From: Candidatus Sysuimicrobiota bacterium | GTDB lineage: Bacteria > Sysuimicrobiota > Sysuimicrobiia > Sysuimicrobiales > Sysuimicrobiaceae | Reading direction: 5' to 3' | DNA: 64,000 nucleotides | NCBI GenBank assembly: GCA_040289515.1 | Contig: PSLI01000003.1 | Span: forward strand, 10,459-74,458 | Shown: piece after piece, positions 28,282 through 42,481 of the stretch | Layout: each line of letters begins with the position of its first letter | How positions within the stretch are numbered: the first letter of the stretch is position 1 | Position numbers and translations under genes: made by a program | Notes under the pieces: model-generated | The model's database searches: none | Told to the model about the DNA's origin: nothing | Seen by the model: the letters and a program-made list of their open reading frames with translations, nothing else

Positions 28282-29235
28282 TTAGGGGAGGGCCGTGCGC
28301 GTGGAGGGGCTGCCCGCGCGGTCCGGGCGCCCGGTTGCCAGGGTTTCGGCCCCCTCCGTGCGGAACGGGCCCGCTGGGGCGCGGAGCAGCTCGGCAAGGA
28401 TCTCCAGCCCGCGGACGATGCGGGGGCCGGGCCGGTTGAAGTAGGCGGTGGCGTTCGTCAGGTACACGCGGCCCGAGCGCACCGCGGGCAGAGTGTCCCA
28501 CCCCGGCCGGTCCGTGAGCAGGTGGACCTCGCGCCGGGCGCGCTCCAGGTCGAACCCGCACGGCATAACCACCAGCACCTCCGGCCGGGCTGCGCGCACT
28601 GCCTCCCAGCTCACCACGTACGAGGGTTCCCCGGGACGTCCCAGCACGTCCTGACCTCCTGCCAGCTCCACCATCTCCGGGACCCAGTGCCCGGCGACAA
28701 ATAGGGGGTCGAGCCACTCCAGGCACACCACCCGCGGCCGCGGCTGTGGCGGGGGAAGCCGCCTTACGGCCTCGATCCGGGCTTCCAGCTCGGCCACTAG
28801 CCGGCTCGCGGCCCCTTCGGCGCCCGTGCGGCACCCCACTTCCACAACCGTCTGCAGGATGTCGTAAAGCCCCTTGGGCTCCAAAGACACGATGGTGGGA
28901 TTCCCTTCCAGGACCCGCGCCGCGCGCTGCACCTCGTGGAACGAGGGGGCGCACACCGGGCACAGCTCCTGGGTGAGGATGAGATCCGGACCCAGCGCGG
29001 CGAGCCTGGCAGCGTCCAGGTGGTACACGCTGGTGCCCCGGTGCAAAGCCTCACGCACCGCGGCGTTGATGACGTTGCTGGGTGCTTGAGGATCCACCAC
29101 GGCCTGGCTCAGCACGGGCTTGCCCGCCACCTCCGGCGGCCAGTCGCAGTCGTGGGAAACCCCCACCAGATGGTCGGCCAGTCCGAGGGCGCACACGATC
29201 TCGGTGGCGCTGGGCAGCAGGGAAACGATCCGCAC
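28282..29235 (-). CDS. BtuF/TroA-like periplasmic-binding-protein-fold cobalamin/siderophore-binding protein homolog (no obvious signal peptide)
   Basis: VRIVSLLPSATEIVCALGLADHLVGVSHDCDWPPEVAGKPVLSQ... typical class III PBP (BtuF) N-terminus; GGAGGGG RBS; the C-terminal 40 aa are low-complexity. Confidence 0.7.
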   Translation of the reverse strand: MRIVSLLPSATEIVCALGLADHLVGVSHDCDWPPEVAGKPVLSQAVVDPQAPSNVINAAVREALHRGTSVYHLDAARLAALGPDLILTQELCPVCAPSFHEVQRAARVLEGNPTIVSLEPKGLYDILQTVVEVGCRTGAEGAASRLVAELEARIEAVRRLPPPQPRPRVVCLEWLDPLFVAGHWVPEMVELAGGQDVLGRPGEPSYVVSWEAVRAARPEVLVVMPCGFDLERARREVHLLTDRPGWDTLPAVRSGRVYLTNATAYFNRPGPRIVRGLEILAELLRAPAGPFRTEGAETLATGRPDRAGSPSTRTALP

Positions 29236-29378
29236 AAGCCCCTCCGCTCAGGGCCAGGGTACCCTGGGCTGGGGTGGGCTGCAACCGCCACCTTTGCACG
29301 GACGGCACCGGGTCGTGCGATCCTTGAACCGGGGGCACCCGACGGCCCGTGGGGGGGAAGGCAGCCTGGGAGGCAAAC

Positions 29379-29921
29379 ATGAAGACCGTGGCAACGATGC
29401 TGGCGGTGGCGTTGGCGGCGGCCTTTGCGGCGGCGCAGCCGGCGCGGACGGTGGCGGTGGCGCCGTTCTGGGATTTGAGCACGGACGGGGCCCTCGTGGA
29501 CGCCGACCGGCTTAACGTGGAGCTTTCCTCCCTGCTGGCGGCCACCGGGCGGTTCCGCGTCGTCAGCGCCCACCTGGTGGCTCACGCCATGCGTTCGCTG
29601 GGCTCCTTTCCCGCTCAGCTGTTCCACCCCGCGCGGGCACGGGAGGTCCGGGAGGCGGTGGGTGCGGACTGGCTGGTGGTGGGGCGCTGGACCCACCTGG
29701 CATCCACCGCGGACGGCGAGTTCGACGCTGGCCTACCCCGCAGGGGAGGAGGCGGGGCGGTGGCTGTCCTGGACGTGTGGGTGTGGGAGCGGGCAAACCC
29801 CCGGCCCCGGTACGAGGCCACCTTCGACGCCTTCCGGCCCGCGGTTTTGGGCACCCTGAGCTTGAAGGACGCCGCGGAGGAGGTGCTGCGCAAGGCAGCC
29901 GCGGCCCTGGGACGCCTGTAG
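29379..29921 (+). CDS. Secreted hypothetical protein
   Basis: MKTVATMLAVALAAAFAAAQP signal peptide (AFA|AA); GGGAGG RBS; no recognisable domain. Confidence 0.55.
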   Translation: MKTVATMLAVALAAAFAAAQPARTVAVAPFWDLSTDGALVDADRLNVELSSLLAATGRFRVVSAHLVAHAMRSLGSFPAQLFHPARAREVREAVGADWLVVGRWTHLASTADGEFDAGLPRRGGGGAVAVLDVWVWERANPRPRYEATFDAFRPAVLGTLSLKDAAEEVLRKAAAALGRL

Positions 29922-29940
29922 GCAGGCCGTGGGGCGGCCC

Positions 29941-29969
29941 TTTACACAACCGCGTCCGCTCCCTATAAT
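29941..29969 (+). promoter_or_regulatory. Sigma-A promoter for secE-nusG (TTTACA-17nt-TATAAT)
   Basis: TTTACA 29941-29946, 17-nt spacer, perfect TATAAT 29964-29969; about 70 nt upstream of secE. Confidence 0.6.
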
Positions 29970-30038
29970 CAACCGGGCGCCCAGGTGGGGCGCCGTCTTG
30001 TGTTTGAACGCCGTGGAGGAGCGCCACGGAGGGGCCGG

Positions 30039-30308
30039 ATGGCCCGTATGACCAACCTGATCCGGAAGCCGGACAAGCCCGCGCGGCCCGCAGTACGGGC
30101 CCCGGGCCGCCGCGGGCCGTCGTGGGTGGAGCGCGCCGGCCGTTACCTCCGGGAGGTCCGGGCGGAGCTGAACCGGGTTACGTGGCCCAGCCGCCAGGAG
30201 CTCATCGCCAGCACGGTGGTGGTTCTGGTGGTGGTGGGGGTGACGGCCGCCTACCTGGGCGTGTGGGACGCCCTGTTCACGTGGCTGTTCCAGCGCGTGT
30301 TGCGGTGA
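30039..30308 (+). CDS. secE: Preprotein translocase subunit SecE
   Basis: ...LREVRAELNRVTWPSRQELIASTVVVLVVVGVTAAYLGVWDALFTWL... single C-terminal TM with the conserved KVTWP motif; GGAGG RBS; the stop overlaps the nusG start (ATGA). Confidence 0.85.
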   Translation: MARMTNLIRKPDKPARPAVRAPGRRGPSWVERAGRYLREVRAELNRVTWPSRQELIASTVVVLVVVGVTAAYLGVWDALFTWLFQRVLR

Positions 30309-30904
30309 TGGAGGCAGAACGCGAGACTCCCAGGGCTGAGGGAGCCGCCGAGGGTGCGGTGGACACCGCGCCCCGGGATCCGCGTCGGCGGTGGTACGTG
30401 ATCCACACGTACTCCGGCTACGAGAACAAGGTGAAGACCAACCTGGAGAAGCGGGTCCAGTCCATGGGGATGCAGGAAAAGATCTTCCAGGTGCTGATCC
30501 CCACGGAGGACGAGATTGAGATCAAGGAAGGCAAGCGCCGGATCGCCAAGAAGAGGATCTACCCCGGTTACGTGCTGGTGGAGATGATCCTGGATGACGA
30601 CTCCTGGTACGTGGTCCGCAACACCCCCGGGGTCACCGGCTTCGTGGGTGCCGGGAACCGGCCCATCCCCCTGGAGGAGGAGGAGGTGCGGGCCATCCTG
30701 GGTCAGGTGAAGGACGAGACCCCGAAGCTCCGGATCCATTACCACAAGGGGGACACGGTGCGCATCACCTCCGGCCCCTTCCAGGAGTTCACAGGGGTGG
30801 TGGACGAGATCCTGCCGGAGAAGGAGAAGGTGCGGGTGCTGGTGTCCATCTTCGGCCGGGAGACCCCCGTGGAGCTGGACTTCACGCAGGTGGAACGAGC
30901 CTGA
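30308..30904 (+). CDS. nusG: Transcription termination/antitermination factor NusG
   Basis: ...[22 protein letters not shown]... NGN domain plus C-terminal KOW ...[21 protein letters not shown]... Confidence 0.93.
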   Translation: MEAERETPRAEGAAEGAVDTAPRDPRRRWYVIHTYSGYENKVKTNLEKRVQSMGMQEKIFQVLIPTEDEIEIKEGKRRIAKKRIYPGYVLVEMILDDDSWYVVRNTPGVTGFVGAGNRPIPLEEEEVRAILGQVKDETPKLRIHYHKGDTVRITSGPFQEFTGVVDEILPEKEKVRVLVSIFGRETPVELDFTQVERA

Positions 30905-30924
30905 CGTCTGCGAGGAGAGCGTGC

Positions 30925-31347
30925 ATGAAGAAGGTCGTGGCGCAGGTGAAGCTGCAGATCCCCGCGGGCAAGGCCACGCCGGCCCCACCGGTGGGCACCG
31001 CCCTGGGCCCGCACGGGATCAACATCATGGAGTTCTGCAAGGCGTACAACGAGCGTACGGCCTCGCAGGTGGGCATGATCGTGCCGGTGGAGATCACCAT
31101 CTACTCGGACCGCAGCTTCACCTTCGTCACCAAGACCCCGCCCGCCTCGGTCCTCCTCAAGAAGGCGGCGGGGCTGGAGGTGGGCTCCCCGGAGCCCAAC
31201 AAGAAGAAGGTCGGGCGGGTGACCCGCAAGCAGGTGGAGGAGATCGCCCGCCTGAAGATGCCCGACCTCAACACCAAGTCCCTGGAGTCGGCGGTGCGCA
31301 TGATCGAGGGCACCGCCCGCAGTATGGGGATCGAGGTGGTGGGTTAG
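30925..31347 (+). CDS. rplK: 50S ribosomal protein L11
   Basis: [43 protein letters not shown]... Confidence 0.95.
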   Translation: MKKVVAQVKLQIPAGKATPAPPVGTALGPHGINIMEFCKAYNERTASQVGMIVPVEITIYSDRSFTFVTKTPPASVLLKKAAGLEVGSPEPNKKKVGRVTRKQVEEIARLKMPDLNTKSLESAVRMIEGTARSMGIEVVG

Positions 31348-31356
31348 GAGGAGCGC

Positions 31357-32076
31357 ATGGCGCGGCGAGGCAAGCGGTACGAGGACGCGCGGAAGCTGGT
31401 GGACCGCACGCGGCTGTATGATCCGCAGGAGGCCGTGCGGCTGGTGAAGACCGTGGCGCGGGCCAAGTTCGACGAGACGGTGGAGGCGGCGGTACGGCTG
31501 GCGGTGGACCCCAAGCACGCGGACCAGGTCGTGCGGGGGACCGTGGTGTTGCCCCACGGGACCGGGCGTTCGGTGCGGGTGCTGGTGTTCGCCAAGGGAG
31601 AGAAGGCGAAGGAGGCGGAGGCCGCGGGCGCGAACTACGTGGGTGCGGAGGACCTGATCCAGCGGATCCAGCAGGAGGGGTGGACGGAGTTCGACGTGGC
31701 CGTGGCCACCCCGGACCTCATGGGTCAGGTGGGACGCCTGGGCCGCATTCTGGGCCCGCGGGGGCTGATGCCCAACCCAAAGGCCGGCACGGTGACCTTC
31801 GACGTGGGCCGGGCGGTGAAGGAGATTAAGGCGGGCAAGATTGAGTTCCGGGTGGACAAGGCCGGGATCGTGCACGCACCCATTGGGAAGGCTTCTTTCT
31901 CCGAGGAGGCGCTGCTGGAGAACTTCGCGGCCTTGCTGGACGCGGTGGTACGGGCCCGCCCCGCAGCGGTCAAGGGCCAGTATATCCGGTCCATCGCCCT
32001 GAGCCCCACCATGGGCCCCTCGGTGCGGGTGGACCCGGCCCGGGCCGTGGCCCTGGCGGCGGGCCGGGCTGCGTGA
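31357..32076 (+). CDS. rplA: 50S ribosomal protein L1
   Basis: [43 protein letters not shown]... Confidence 0.95.
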   Translation: MARRGKRYEDARKLVDRTRLYDPQEAVRLVKTVARAKFDETVEAAVRLAVDPKHADQVVRGTVVLPHGTGRSVRVLVFAKGEKAKEAEAAGANYVGAEDLIQRIQQEGWTEFDVAVATPDLMGQVGRLGRILGPRGLMPNPKAGTVTFDVGRAVKEIKAGKIEFRVDKAGIVHAPIGKASFSEEALLENFAALLDAVVRARPAAVKGQYIRSIALSPTMGPSVRVDPARAVALAAGRAA

Positions 32077-32095
32077 GTGGGGCTGTTGACCCGGC

Positions 32096-32125
32096 AGGGG
32101 TGGGACTGGTAGCATAGCGGCCGTC
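32096..32125 (+). promoter_or_regulatory. Candidate promoter for rplJ-rplL (TTGACC-18nt-TAGCAT)
   Basis: TTGACC 32096-32101 and TAGCAT 32120-32125 in the 221-nt rplA-rplJ gap. Confidence 0.35.
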
Positions 32126-32297
32126 GACAACCCAGCGAGCCGTCCGCAGAAGGCAGGTCCCAACCGGGGTAAAGGCCACCCGGGCCGCCTGCCGAGGACG
32201 TCCGGCTCACCCGAACCGGTGGGTCCCCGGCGCTCCATCTGCGGGGCGCCGCTCGTTTTCGTAGGTCTGCGTAGCCTGTAACCGGCGGGAGCAGGAG
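32126..32297 (+). promoter_or_regulatory. rplJ (L10) 5' leader region
   Basis: Long structured untranslated region before rplJ, in the position where the L10(L12)4 autoregulatory leader is found in other bacteria. Assigned by context only; the conserved structure was not verified. Confidence 0.4.
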
Positions 32298-32819
32298 ATG
32301 GCGAAGCCCGAGAAGGTGGAGGAGGTCAAGCGGCTGAAGGATCGGCTGAGCCGGGCCCGCGCCGTGGTCCTGACCGACTTCCGGGGGCTGAGCGTGCCCG
32401 AAATGGAGGCCTTGCGCCAGGCTCTCCGAAAGGAAGGGGCGGAGTACCGGGTGGTCAAGAATACCCTGCTTGGTATCGCGGCCTCGGAGCTGGGGCTGCA
32501 GGGGTTGGAACCCTTCCTGGAAGGGCCCACGGCGATCGCGGTGGGCTACGACGACCCCACCACGCCTGCGCGGGTGGTCCACGAGTTCATCCGGCAGTAC
32601 CGGAAGCTGGAGGTCAAGGGAGGTCTGGCGGAAGGCAGGGTCCTGGACCCCGCGGGCGTGCGGGCTCTGGCGGAGCTGCCCGGCCGGGACCAGCTGGTGG
32701 CCAAGCTGATGGGCGGGCTGCAGGGCCCCCTGTACGGACTACTGGGTGTGCTGACCGCACTGCAGCGCAAGCTGGTGTACGCCCTCGACCAGGTACGGCA
32801 GAAGCGCGAGGGTTCATAA
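32298..32819 (+). CDS. rplJ: 50S ribosomal protein L10
   Basis: [57 protein letters not shown]... Confidence 0.95.
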   Translation: MAKPEKVEEVKRLKDRLSRARAVVLTDFRGLSVPEMEALRQALRKEGAEYRVVKNTLLGIAASELGLQGLEPFLEGPTAIAVGYDDPTTPARVVHEFIRQYRKLEVKGGLAEGRVLDPAGVRALAELPGRDQLVAKLMGGLQGPLYGLLGVLTALQRKLVYALDQVRQKREGS

Positions 32820-32851
32820 GGCTGGTGCGAAAAGCGGAGGAGGGAGGGAAG

Positions 32852-33238
32852 ATGGCGAAACTCAGCACCGCGGAGATCGTGGAGGCCATCGGGAACCTGA
32901 CGGTCCTGGAGCTGGCCGAGCTGGTGAAGGCCCTGGAGGAGAAGTTCGGGGTCACGGCCGCCGCCCCCGTGGCGGTGGCCGCGGCCCCGGCCGCAGCAGC
33001 CCCTGCTGCCCCGGTGGAGGAGGAGCAGACGGAGTTCGACGTGATCCTCAAGGCGGTAGGCCCCAACAAGATCCAAGTGATCAAGGTGGTGCGGGAGCTA
33101 ACGGGCCTCGGCCTGAAGGAGGCCAAGGACCTGGTGGACGGGGCTCCCAAGCCGGTGAAGGAGAAGGTGTCCAAGCAGGAGGCTGAGAGCGTCAAGGCGA
33201 AGCTGCGGGAAGTGGGAGCGGAGGTGGAGGTCAAGTAG
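32852..33238 (+). CDS. rplL: 50S ribosomal protein L7/L12
   Basis: [34 protein letters not shown]...Ala/Pro hinge...[44 protein letters not shown]... Confidence 0.95.
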   Translation: MAKLSTAEIVEAIGNLTVLELAELVKALEEKFGVTAAAPVAVAAAPAAAAPAAPVEEEQTEFDVILKAVGPNKIQVIKVVRELTGLGLKEAKDLVDGAPKPVKEKVSKQEAESVKAKLREVGAEVEVK

Positions 33239-33258
33239 GCCCGGGGGTCCCCGCGGGC
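33239..33258 (+). terminator. Imperfect GC hairpin directly after the rplL stop (possible partial terminator before rpoB)
   Basis: GCCCGGGGGTCCCCGCGGGC; no U-tract. The rplL-rpoB intergenic region (376 nt) also contains TTGACG...TATGTT promoter-like hexamers near 33280-33310. Confidence 0.3.
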
Positions 33259-33614
33259 CCGGTTCCAGGTGGCACCCGGTTGACGGGGGCCGCCGTGGTA
33301 TGTTATTCTGTCCTGCGATTTGCGGCTACCGGGACGAGCACACGATCGAGTGTTTCCCCTGCGCCGGGCGTGCGTGGTCCGTTCGGTCCAACCAGGTGCA
33401 TGGATTTGGTTGGCGGGAGGTTCGCAGGCCCGTGGAGGCCTGCGCTTCCCGCCCTTCTTGTCCTGCGGGCCCGGTGCGGGGGCGGGAGGTGCGGGTTTAG
33501 CTGGCCACCGCCCCTGGGGCGCGGCGGGGCCGGTGCGCCGGGTTTAATCCGTCCCCGCGTTAGGCTTCCAGTCCGAAGACGGTGCGACACGTGCCACGGG
33601 AGACCGCTGAAAAA

Positions 33615-36600
33615 ATGGGGGTGACCGCCACGAAAGCGCCCGCCGAGCTCACCAAGAGTTTCGCCCTGGGCCCGTTCTCCTTCGAGCGGGCCCCCCGCCT
33701 GGGTTTGGGCCGCGTGGTCAAGCGCGGCCGGCGGGAGCGGGTCAGCTTCGGGAGGCTGCCGGACATCCTGGAGCTGCCCGACCTGGTGGAGGTGCAGCGG
33801 AAGTCCTTCCGGTGGTTCGTGGAGGAGGGGATCCGAGAGGTTTTTGAGGAGATCTCCCCCATCCAGGACTTCACGGGCAACCTGGAGCTGTACTTCGGGG
33901 TCCCGGACGAGCGCAAGCGCCGCAAGACACCCGAGGGGGTGGACCTGTTCCACTTCACGGAGGGGGTGCTGGACTTCGGGGGTTACTACCTGGAAGCCCC
34001 CAAGTACACGCCTGAGGAGTGCCGGGAGCGGGACGCCAACTACAGCGCGCCGTTGAAGGTGCGGGTCCGGCTGGTCCTCAAGGATACGGGCGAAATCAAG
34101 GAGCAGGACGTGTTCATGGGGGACCTGCCCCTGATGACCCGCAACGGGACGTTCATCATCAACGGGGCGGAGCGGGTAGTCGTCAGCCAGCTGGTTCGCT
34201 CCGCAGGGGTATACTACAGCTACCTTACGGACAGCAGCGGCCGCCGGTTCCCCGCGGCCACCGTGATTCCTACCCGGGGAGCGTGGCTGGAGTTCGAGAT
34301 GGACGCCACCGGCGGGGTGTACGTGCGCATCGACCGTACGCGGAAACTACCCGCCACGGTGCTTCTGCGGGCGGTGGGGTACGAGAGTGACGAGGTCCTG
34401 CGGAAGCTGTACGAGGCAGACCGGGCCATCGAGGCCACCCTGGACAAAGACCCCAGCCGGGACCGCAACACGGCCCTGATGGAGATCTACCGGCGGCTGC
34501 GGCCCGGGGACCCGCCCAACGTGGAGTCCGCCACGGCCCTGCTGCACACCCTGTTCTTCGACCCCCGCCGGTACGATCTCGGCAAGGTGGGCCGGTACAA
34601 GCTGAACAAGAAGCTGAACCTGGACCTGCCCCTGAGCCAGCGGACCCTGACGCCGGAGGACATCGCGCAGATCGTCCGGTACCTGATCGCTCTCAACAAC
34701 GGGGAGGGGCAGGAGGACGACATCGACCATTTGGGCAACCGCCGGGTGCGGGCGGTGGGGGAGCTGCTGCAGAACCAGTTCCGGATCGGGATGCTGCGCA
34801 TGGAGCGGGTCATCCGGGAGCGGATGACCATCCAGGAAACGGAGCAGGCGACCCCGCAGGTGCTCATCAACATCCGGCCGGTGACCGCGGCCATCAAGGA
34901 GTTCTTCGGGTCCAGCCAGCTGTCGCAATTCATGGACCAGACCAACCCCCTGTCGGAGCTGCGGCACAAGCGGCGGCTCAGCGCCCTGGGCCCGGGCGGG
35001 TTGAGCCGGGAGCGGGCGGGGTTTGAGGTGCGGGACGTGCACCCGTCCCACTACGGCCGCATGTGCCCCATCGAGACCCCGGAGGGGCCCAACATCGGGC
35101 TGATCTCCTCCCTGGCCACCTACGCCCGGGTGAACGACCTGGGGTTCATCGAGACGCCGTACCGCCGGGTGCGCAACGGCCGGGTGACCCGGGAGATCGT
35201 GTACCTGACCGCGGACGACGAGGAGAGGTACACCATCGCGCAGGCCAACGTGCAGACGGACGAGCACGGGATGCTTCCGGAGCGGGTGGTGGCGCGGCAG
35301 GCGGGCGGCCACCCGGTGGTGGTGCCGCGGGAGCAGGTGGACTTCATGGACGTTTCCCCCAAGCAGATCGTCTCCGTGACCACGGCCCTCATCCCGTTCC
35401 TGGAGCACGACGACGGCACCCGGGCCCTAATGGGCTCCAACATGCAGACCCAGGCGGTACCCCTGATCCGGCCGGAGGCACCTCTGGTGGGCACGGGGGT
35501 GGAGCACCGGGTGGCGGTGGACTCCGGGGCAGTGGTGCTGGCGGAGGAGGACGGGGTGGTGGAGTCGGTGACCGCGGACGAGATCATGGTCCGCGGGCAG
35601 CGGCGCATCACCTACAAGCTCACCAAGTTCCGCCGGAGCAACCAGGGCACGTGTATCAACCAGCGGCCCGTAGTGCGCAGCGGCCAGGAGGTGAGGAAGG
35701 GGCAGGTGCTGGCGGACGGGCCTTCCACAGAGGGCGGGGAACTGGCTTTGGGCCACAACGTGCTGGTGGCCTTCATGCCGTGGGAGGGCTACAACTACGA
35801 GGACGCCATCCTCATCAGCGAGCGGCTGGTGCGGGAGGACCTGTTCACCAGCATCCACATCGAGGGGTACGAGGTGGAGGCCCGGGACACCAAGCTGGGC
35901 CCGGAGGAGATCACCCGGGACATCCCCAACGTTTCGGAGGACGCCCTGCGGGACCTTGACGAGCGGGGCATCGTGCGGATCGGGGCGGAGGTGCGGGCGG
36001 GGGACATCCTGGTGGGCAAGGTCACCCCCAAGGGGGAGACGGAGCTCACCGCGGAGGAGCGCCTGCTGCGGGCCATCTTCGGAGAGAAGGCCCGGGAGGT
36101 GCGGGACACGTCCTTGAAGGTCCCCCACGGGGAGAAGGGCACCGTGGTGGGCGTGAAGGTGTTCAGCCGGGAGCAGGGCGATGAGCTGCCTCCCGGCGTG
36201 AACCAGATGGTGCGGGTGTACGTGGCCCAGAAGCGCAAGGTCACCGTGGGGGACAAGATGGCGGGCCGCCACGGCAACAAGGGGGTGATCAGCAAGATCG
36301 TCCCCGTGGAGGACATGCCGTACCTGCCGGACGGCACGCCCGTGGACATCGTCCTGAACCCCCTGGGGGTGCCCAGCCGGATGAACGTGGGGCAGGTGCT
36401 GGAGACCACCCTGGGGTGGGCGTGCGCGCAGCTGGGATTTTATGCGGAGGTCCCGGTGTTCGACGGTGCCCGGGAGTCGGAGATTGAGGCCCTGCTGGCT
36501 CGGGCCGGGCTGCCCCCGGACGGCAAGATCACCCTGTACGACGGCCGCACGGGGCTGCCCTTCGACCAGCCCGTGGTGGTGGGCCAGATCTACATGATGA

Positions 36601-37037
36601 AGCTGCTGCACCTGGTGGAGGACAAGATCCACGCCCGGAGCACGGGGCCCTACAGTCTCATCACCCAGCAGCCCCTGGGCGGCAAGGCCCAGTTCGGCGG
36701 GCAGCGGTTCGGGGAGATGGAGGTGTGGGCCCTGGAGGCGTACGGGGCCGCCAGCACCCTTCAGGAGCTCCTTACGGTGAAAAGCGACGACGTGGTGGGC
36801 CGGGTGAAGACCTACGAGGCCATCGTGAAGGGCGAGAACATCCAGGAACCCGGGGTGCCGGAGTCCTTCAAGGTGCTGGTGAAGGAGCTGCAGGCCCTGT
36901 GCCTGGACGTGAAGGTCCTCAGCGCGGATCACCGGGAGATCGAGCTGCGGGAGATCGAGGAGGACGTGGTGGAGGCGCAGCGCGCTCTGGGCATCAACCT
37001 GGAGGGCGAGGAAGCCCTCCTGGAGGAGCCCCTGTAA
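33615..37037 (+). CDS. rpoB: DNA-directed RNA polymerase subunit beta
   Basis: ...[48 protein letters not shown]... through the C-terminus; alternative GTG start at 33582. Confidence 0.95.
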   Translation: MGVTATKAPAELTKSFALGPFSFERAPRLGLGRVVKRGRRERVSFGRLPDILELPDLVEVQRKSFRWFVEEGIREVFEEISPIQDFTGNLELYFGVPDERKRRKTPEGVDLFHFTEGVLDFGGYYLEAPKYTPEECRERDANYSAPLKVRVRLVLKDTGEIKEQDVFMGDLPLMTRNGTFIINGAERVVVSQLVRSAGVYYSYLTDSSGRRFPAATVIPTRGAWLEFEMDATGGVYVRIDRTRKLPATVLLRAVGYESDEVLRKLYEADRAIEATLDKDPSRDRNTALMEIYRRLRPGDPPNVESATALLHTLFFDPRRYDLGKVGRYKLNKKLNLDLPLSQRTLTPEDIAQIVRYLIALNNGEGQEDDIDHLGNRRVRAVGELLQNQFRIGMLRMERVIRERMTIQETEQATPQVLINIRPVTAAIKEFFGSSQLSQFMDQTNPLSELRHKRRLSALGPGGLSRERAGFEVRDVHPSHYGRMCPIETPEGPNIGLISSLATYARVNDLGFIETPYRRVRNGRVTREIVYLTADDEERYTIAQANVQTDEHGMLPERVVARQAGGHPVVVPREQVDFMDVSPKQIVSVTTALIPFLEHDDGTRALMGSNMQTQAVPLIRPEAPLVGTGVEHRVAVDSGAVVLAEEDGVVESVTADEIMVRGQRRITYKLTKFRRSNQGTCINQRPVVRSGQEVRKGQVLADGPSTEGGELALGHNVLVAFMPWEGYNYEDAILISERLVREDLFTSIHIEGYEVEARDTKLGPEEITRDIPNVSEDALRDLDERGIVRIGAEVRAGDILVGKVTPKGETELTAEERLLRAIFGEKAREVRDTSLKVPHGEKGTVVGVKVFSREQGDELPPGVNQMVRVYVAQKRKVTVGDKMAGRHGNKGVISKIVPVEDMPYLPDGTPVDIVLNPLGVPSRMNVGQVLETTLGWACAQLGFYAEVPVFDGARESEIEALLARAGLPPDGKITLYDGRTGLPFDQPVVVGQIYMMKLLHLVEDKIHARSTGPYSLITQQPLGGKAQFGGQRFGEMEVWALEAYGAASTLQELLTVKSDDVVGRVKTYEAIVKGENIQEPGVPESFKVLVKELQALCLDVKVLSADHREIELREIEEDVVEAQRALGINLEGEEALLEEPL

Positions 37038-37055
37038 GGGCGCGGGGAGGAGCCC

Positions 37056-40493
<3,438 letters not shown>

Positions 40494-40513
40494 AGCTCGC
40501 CGGCGCGGAGCGG

Positions 40514-41275
40514 TTGCTGGAGTCCGCCTCCCTCAGCTGGCGCAACTGGCAGTGGAACCCGCCCCTGGTGGCAGCCCTGGCCGCCTGCGCGGTTCTGTAC
40601 CATCTGCACCCCCGGGTGCGAGCCAACCCGCGCCAGCGGCTGTTCTTCTGGGCCGGCATGTTGGCGCTTGTTGTCGCTTTGTGCTCTCCTCTGGAGGCGG
40701 GGGCGCGCTTGCTTCTGTGGCTCCATATGGTCCAGCACCTGCTCCTGATGCTGGTGGCCGCACCTTTGCTGGCGGCCTCCCTCCCCGCTCCCCTGCTGGG
40801 CTGGCTCACCCGCAGACCCGTGGTGGGCGGGGTGCTGTGGTGGCTGTGGAACCCGTGGGTGGCCACGGCGCTGTACAACGGGGCGGTGCTGGCCTGGCAC
40901 CTGCCCACCCTGTACGCGTGGGTGCTGCGCTGGGAGCCCGCCCACGCCCTCCAGCACCTGAGCTTTCTGGGCACCGGGGTGGTGTTCTGGAGTGTGCTCC
41001 TGAGCCCCGCGCCCCGCAACCCCACCCCAGGGCAGCGGCTGGTGATCGTGGGCACGAGCGCCGTGGCGCAGTTCCTGCCCGGCTTCGTTCTGGCGGTAGC
41101 GGACCGGGTGCTGTACGCGCCGTACCTGGAGACCCCGCGCCTGTGGGGCTGGTCGCCCCTCGATGACCAGCGGTGGGCCGGGGTGATGATGTGGGTGAGC
41201 ATGAATTTGGCCTACGCCGCCGCCGCCCTTTGGGTGGCCACGCGCTGGCTGCGCTCGGACCGGGCGGACCGGTAA
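40514..41275 (+). CDS. Cytochrome c oxidase assembly factor CtaG-like membrane protein (Caa3_CtaG family)
   Basis: Polytopic membrane protein with ...LLLWLHMVQHLLLMLVAAPLLAA... (the HM-x-QH motif typical of Bacillus-type CtaG); TTG start 40514 is uncertain (alternative GTG 40568). Convergent with ctaF, 4 bp apart. Confidence 0.6.
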   Translation: MLESASLSWRNWQWNPPLVAALAACAVLYHLHPRVRANPRQRLFFWAGMLALVVALCSPLEAGARLLLWLHMVQHLLLMLVAAPLLAASLPAPLLGWLTRRPVVGGVLWWLWNPWVATALYNGAVLAWHLPTLYAWVLRWEPAHALQHLSFLGTGVVFWSVLLSPAPRNPTPGQRLVIVGTSAVAQFLPGFVLAVADRVLYAPYLETPRLWGWSPLDDQRWAGVMMWVSMNLAYAAAALWVATRWLRSDRADR

Positions 41276-41279
41276 AAGC

Positions 41280-41570
41280 TCAGAAGATCTGGCTGTCCAG
41301 CACCAACGCTACGAGCAGGGCCACCAGGAGCACCGCGATGGGCACGCTGAACAGGGTGGCCATCACGGGCCGCTCCCACCGCAGGTGCATGAAGTACGCC
41401 ATGATGAGGGCGGCCTTGCCCAGAGCCAGGATCACCAGCCCAAAGATGAGCAGACCCCGGGGCAGGTGCAGGAGGGTGATGCCCACCTCCACGACGGTGA
41501 TCACCAGCAGCCAGAACCACGTGACCCCGTAAATGCCGTACCCGTGCTGCGCGTGTTCCCGGTCCGACAC
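41280..41570 (-). CDS. ctaF: Cytochrome c oxidase subunit IV (CtaF-like)
   Basis: 96-aa three-TM protein ...GYGIYGVTWFWLLVITVVEVGITLLHLPRGLLIFGLVILALGKAALIMAYFMHL... as in Bacillus caa3/aa3 subunit IV. Confidence 0.75.
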   Translation of the reverse strand: MSDREHAQHGYGIYGVTWFWLLVITVVEVGITLLHLPRGLLIFGLVILALGKAALIMAYFMHLRWERPVMATLFSVPIAVLLVALLVALVLDSQIF

Positions 41571-41579
41571 GTCTGCCTC

Positions 41580-42470
41580 CTAGTGCGCGGCTCCCGCCAC
41601 CACCGCGGGCGGGACCAGGTACATGAGGGTGAAGATGAACACCCACACCAGGTCTACGAAGTGCCAGTACAGCCCTACGTTCTCCACCCGCTCCGCGCGG
41701 GTCTGGGCGTCCACGGGAGGAGGCGGCGGGGGGACCTCCTCCACCACCTCCACCGCGTCCGCGGGCAGCATGGCCGCGTTGTTGGCCGCCTTGCCAGGCA
41801 GCAGCACCACCACCCGCCCGATGCGGGGGTGTGTTTTCTCCACCACTGTCTCCGGCTGGTCCGGCAGGGCCAGGACCCGCACCCGGCAGCCGGGGTACAG
41901 GAGCCGGCCGCCGCGGTCGCGGAGGGGCCGCTGCCAGTCTTCCAGAGCGCGGCGCTCCCGGCGGGCCTTGAAGAACACCGCCATGAGGTAAAAAACTCCG
42001 CTGGTGACGTGGCCGCCGTGGAACCCCGTGATGATAAAGAAGCTGGCGCTGAAGTTGGGCACGCCCCACGGGTTGGTGTGCAGGCGGGCACCCTCCTGGA
42101 GAAAGTGGGTCCACTCGTACGTCTGCATGCCCAGAAAGGTGAGGCCCCCCAACACGGTGAGGAGGAGGAACCACTCCACCAGGAGGTGGTCGCCCCGCTT
42201 GGCCGCGTTCACCGCCACCGCCATGGTGGCGCTGCTGCAGATGAGGATGAAGGTCATGGCGCTCACCAGGCCGATGTTGAAGATCCCCAGGGGGTTGGGC
42301 CACGCGGCCGCGGTCATGCGGGCCGCCCCGTACGCGCTGAGCAACCCCCCGAAGGTGAACGCGTCGGAGAGCAGGAAGATCCACATCATAAACTTCCCCC
42401 AGCTCATGCCAAAGGGGGACACGCCTCCACCCCACACGCTGACCTTCTCTTCCACCACCGCCTGCACCAT
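41580..42470 (-). CDS. ctaE: Cytochrome c oxidase subunit III (CtaE) with an ~85-aa cytoplasmic-loop insertion
   Basis: ...[25 protein letters not shown]... and C-terminal ...[22 protein letters not shown] are the canonical CoxIII helices; between them lies [10 protein letters not shown]...[22 protein letters not shown], which ordinary CoxIII proteins lack. Confidence 0.8.
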   Translation of the reverse strand: MVQAVVEEKVSVWGGGVSPFGMSWGKFMMWIFLLSDAFTFGGLLSAYGAARMTAAAWPNPLGIFNIGLVSAMTFILICSSATMAVAVNAAKRGDHLLVEWFLLLTVLGGLTFLGMQTYEWTHFLQEGARLHTNPWGVPNFSASFFIITGFHGGHVTSGVFYLMAVFFKARRERRALEDWQRPLRDRGGRLLYPGCRVRVLALPDQPETVVEKTHPRIGRVVVLLPGKAANNAAMLPADAVEVVEEVPPPPPPVDAQTRAERVENVGLYWHFVDLVWVFIFTLMYLVPPAVVAGAAH

Positions 42471-42481
42471 GCTCCGACCTC

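Noticed and set aside
29236-29378. Possible cobalamin riboswitch upstream of the BtuF-like gene
   Set aside because: Neither strand contains the B12-box core (GCCACTG) or the conserved GGTGNNAANNCC / GCTGCCCCC elements, so there is no support for a riboswitch.
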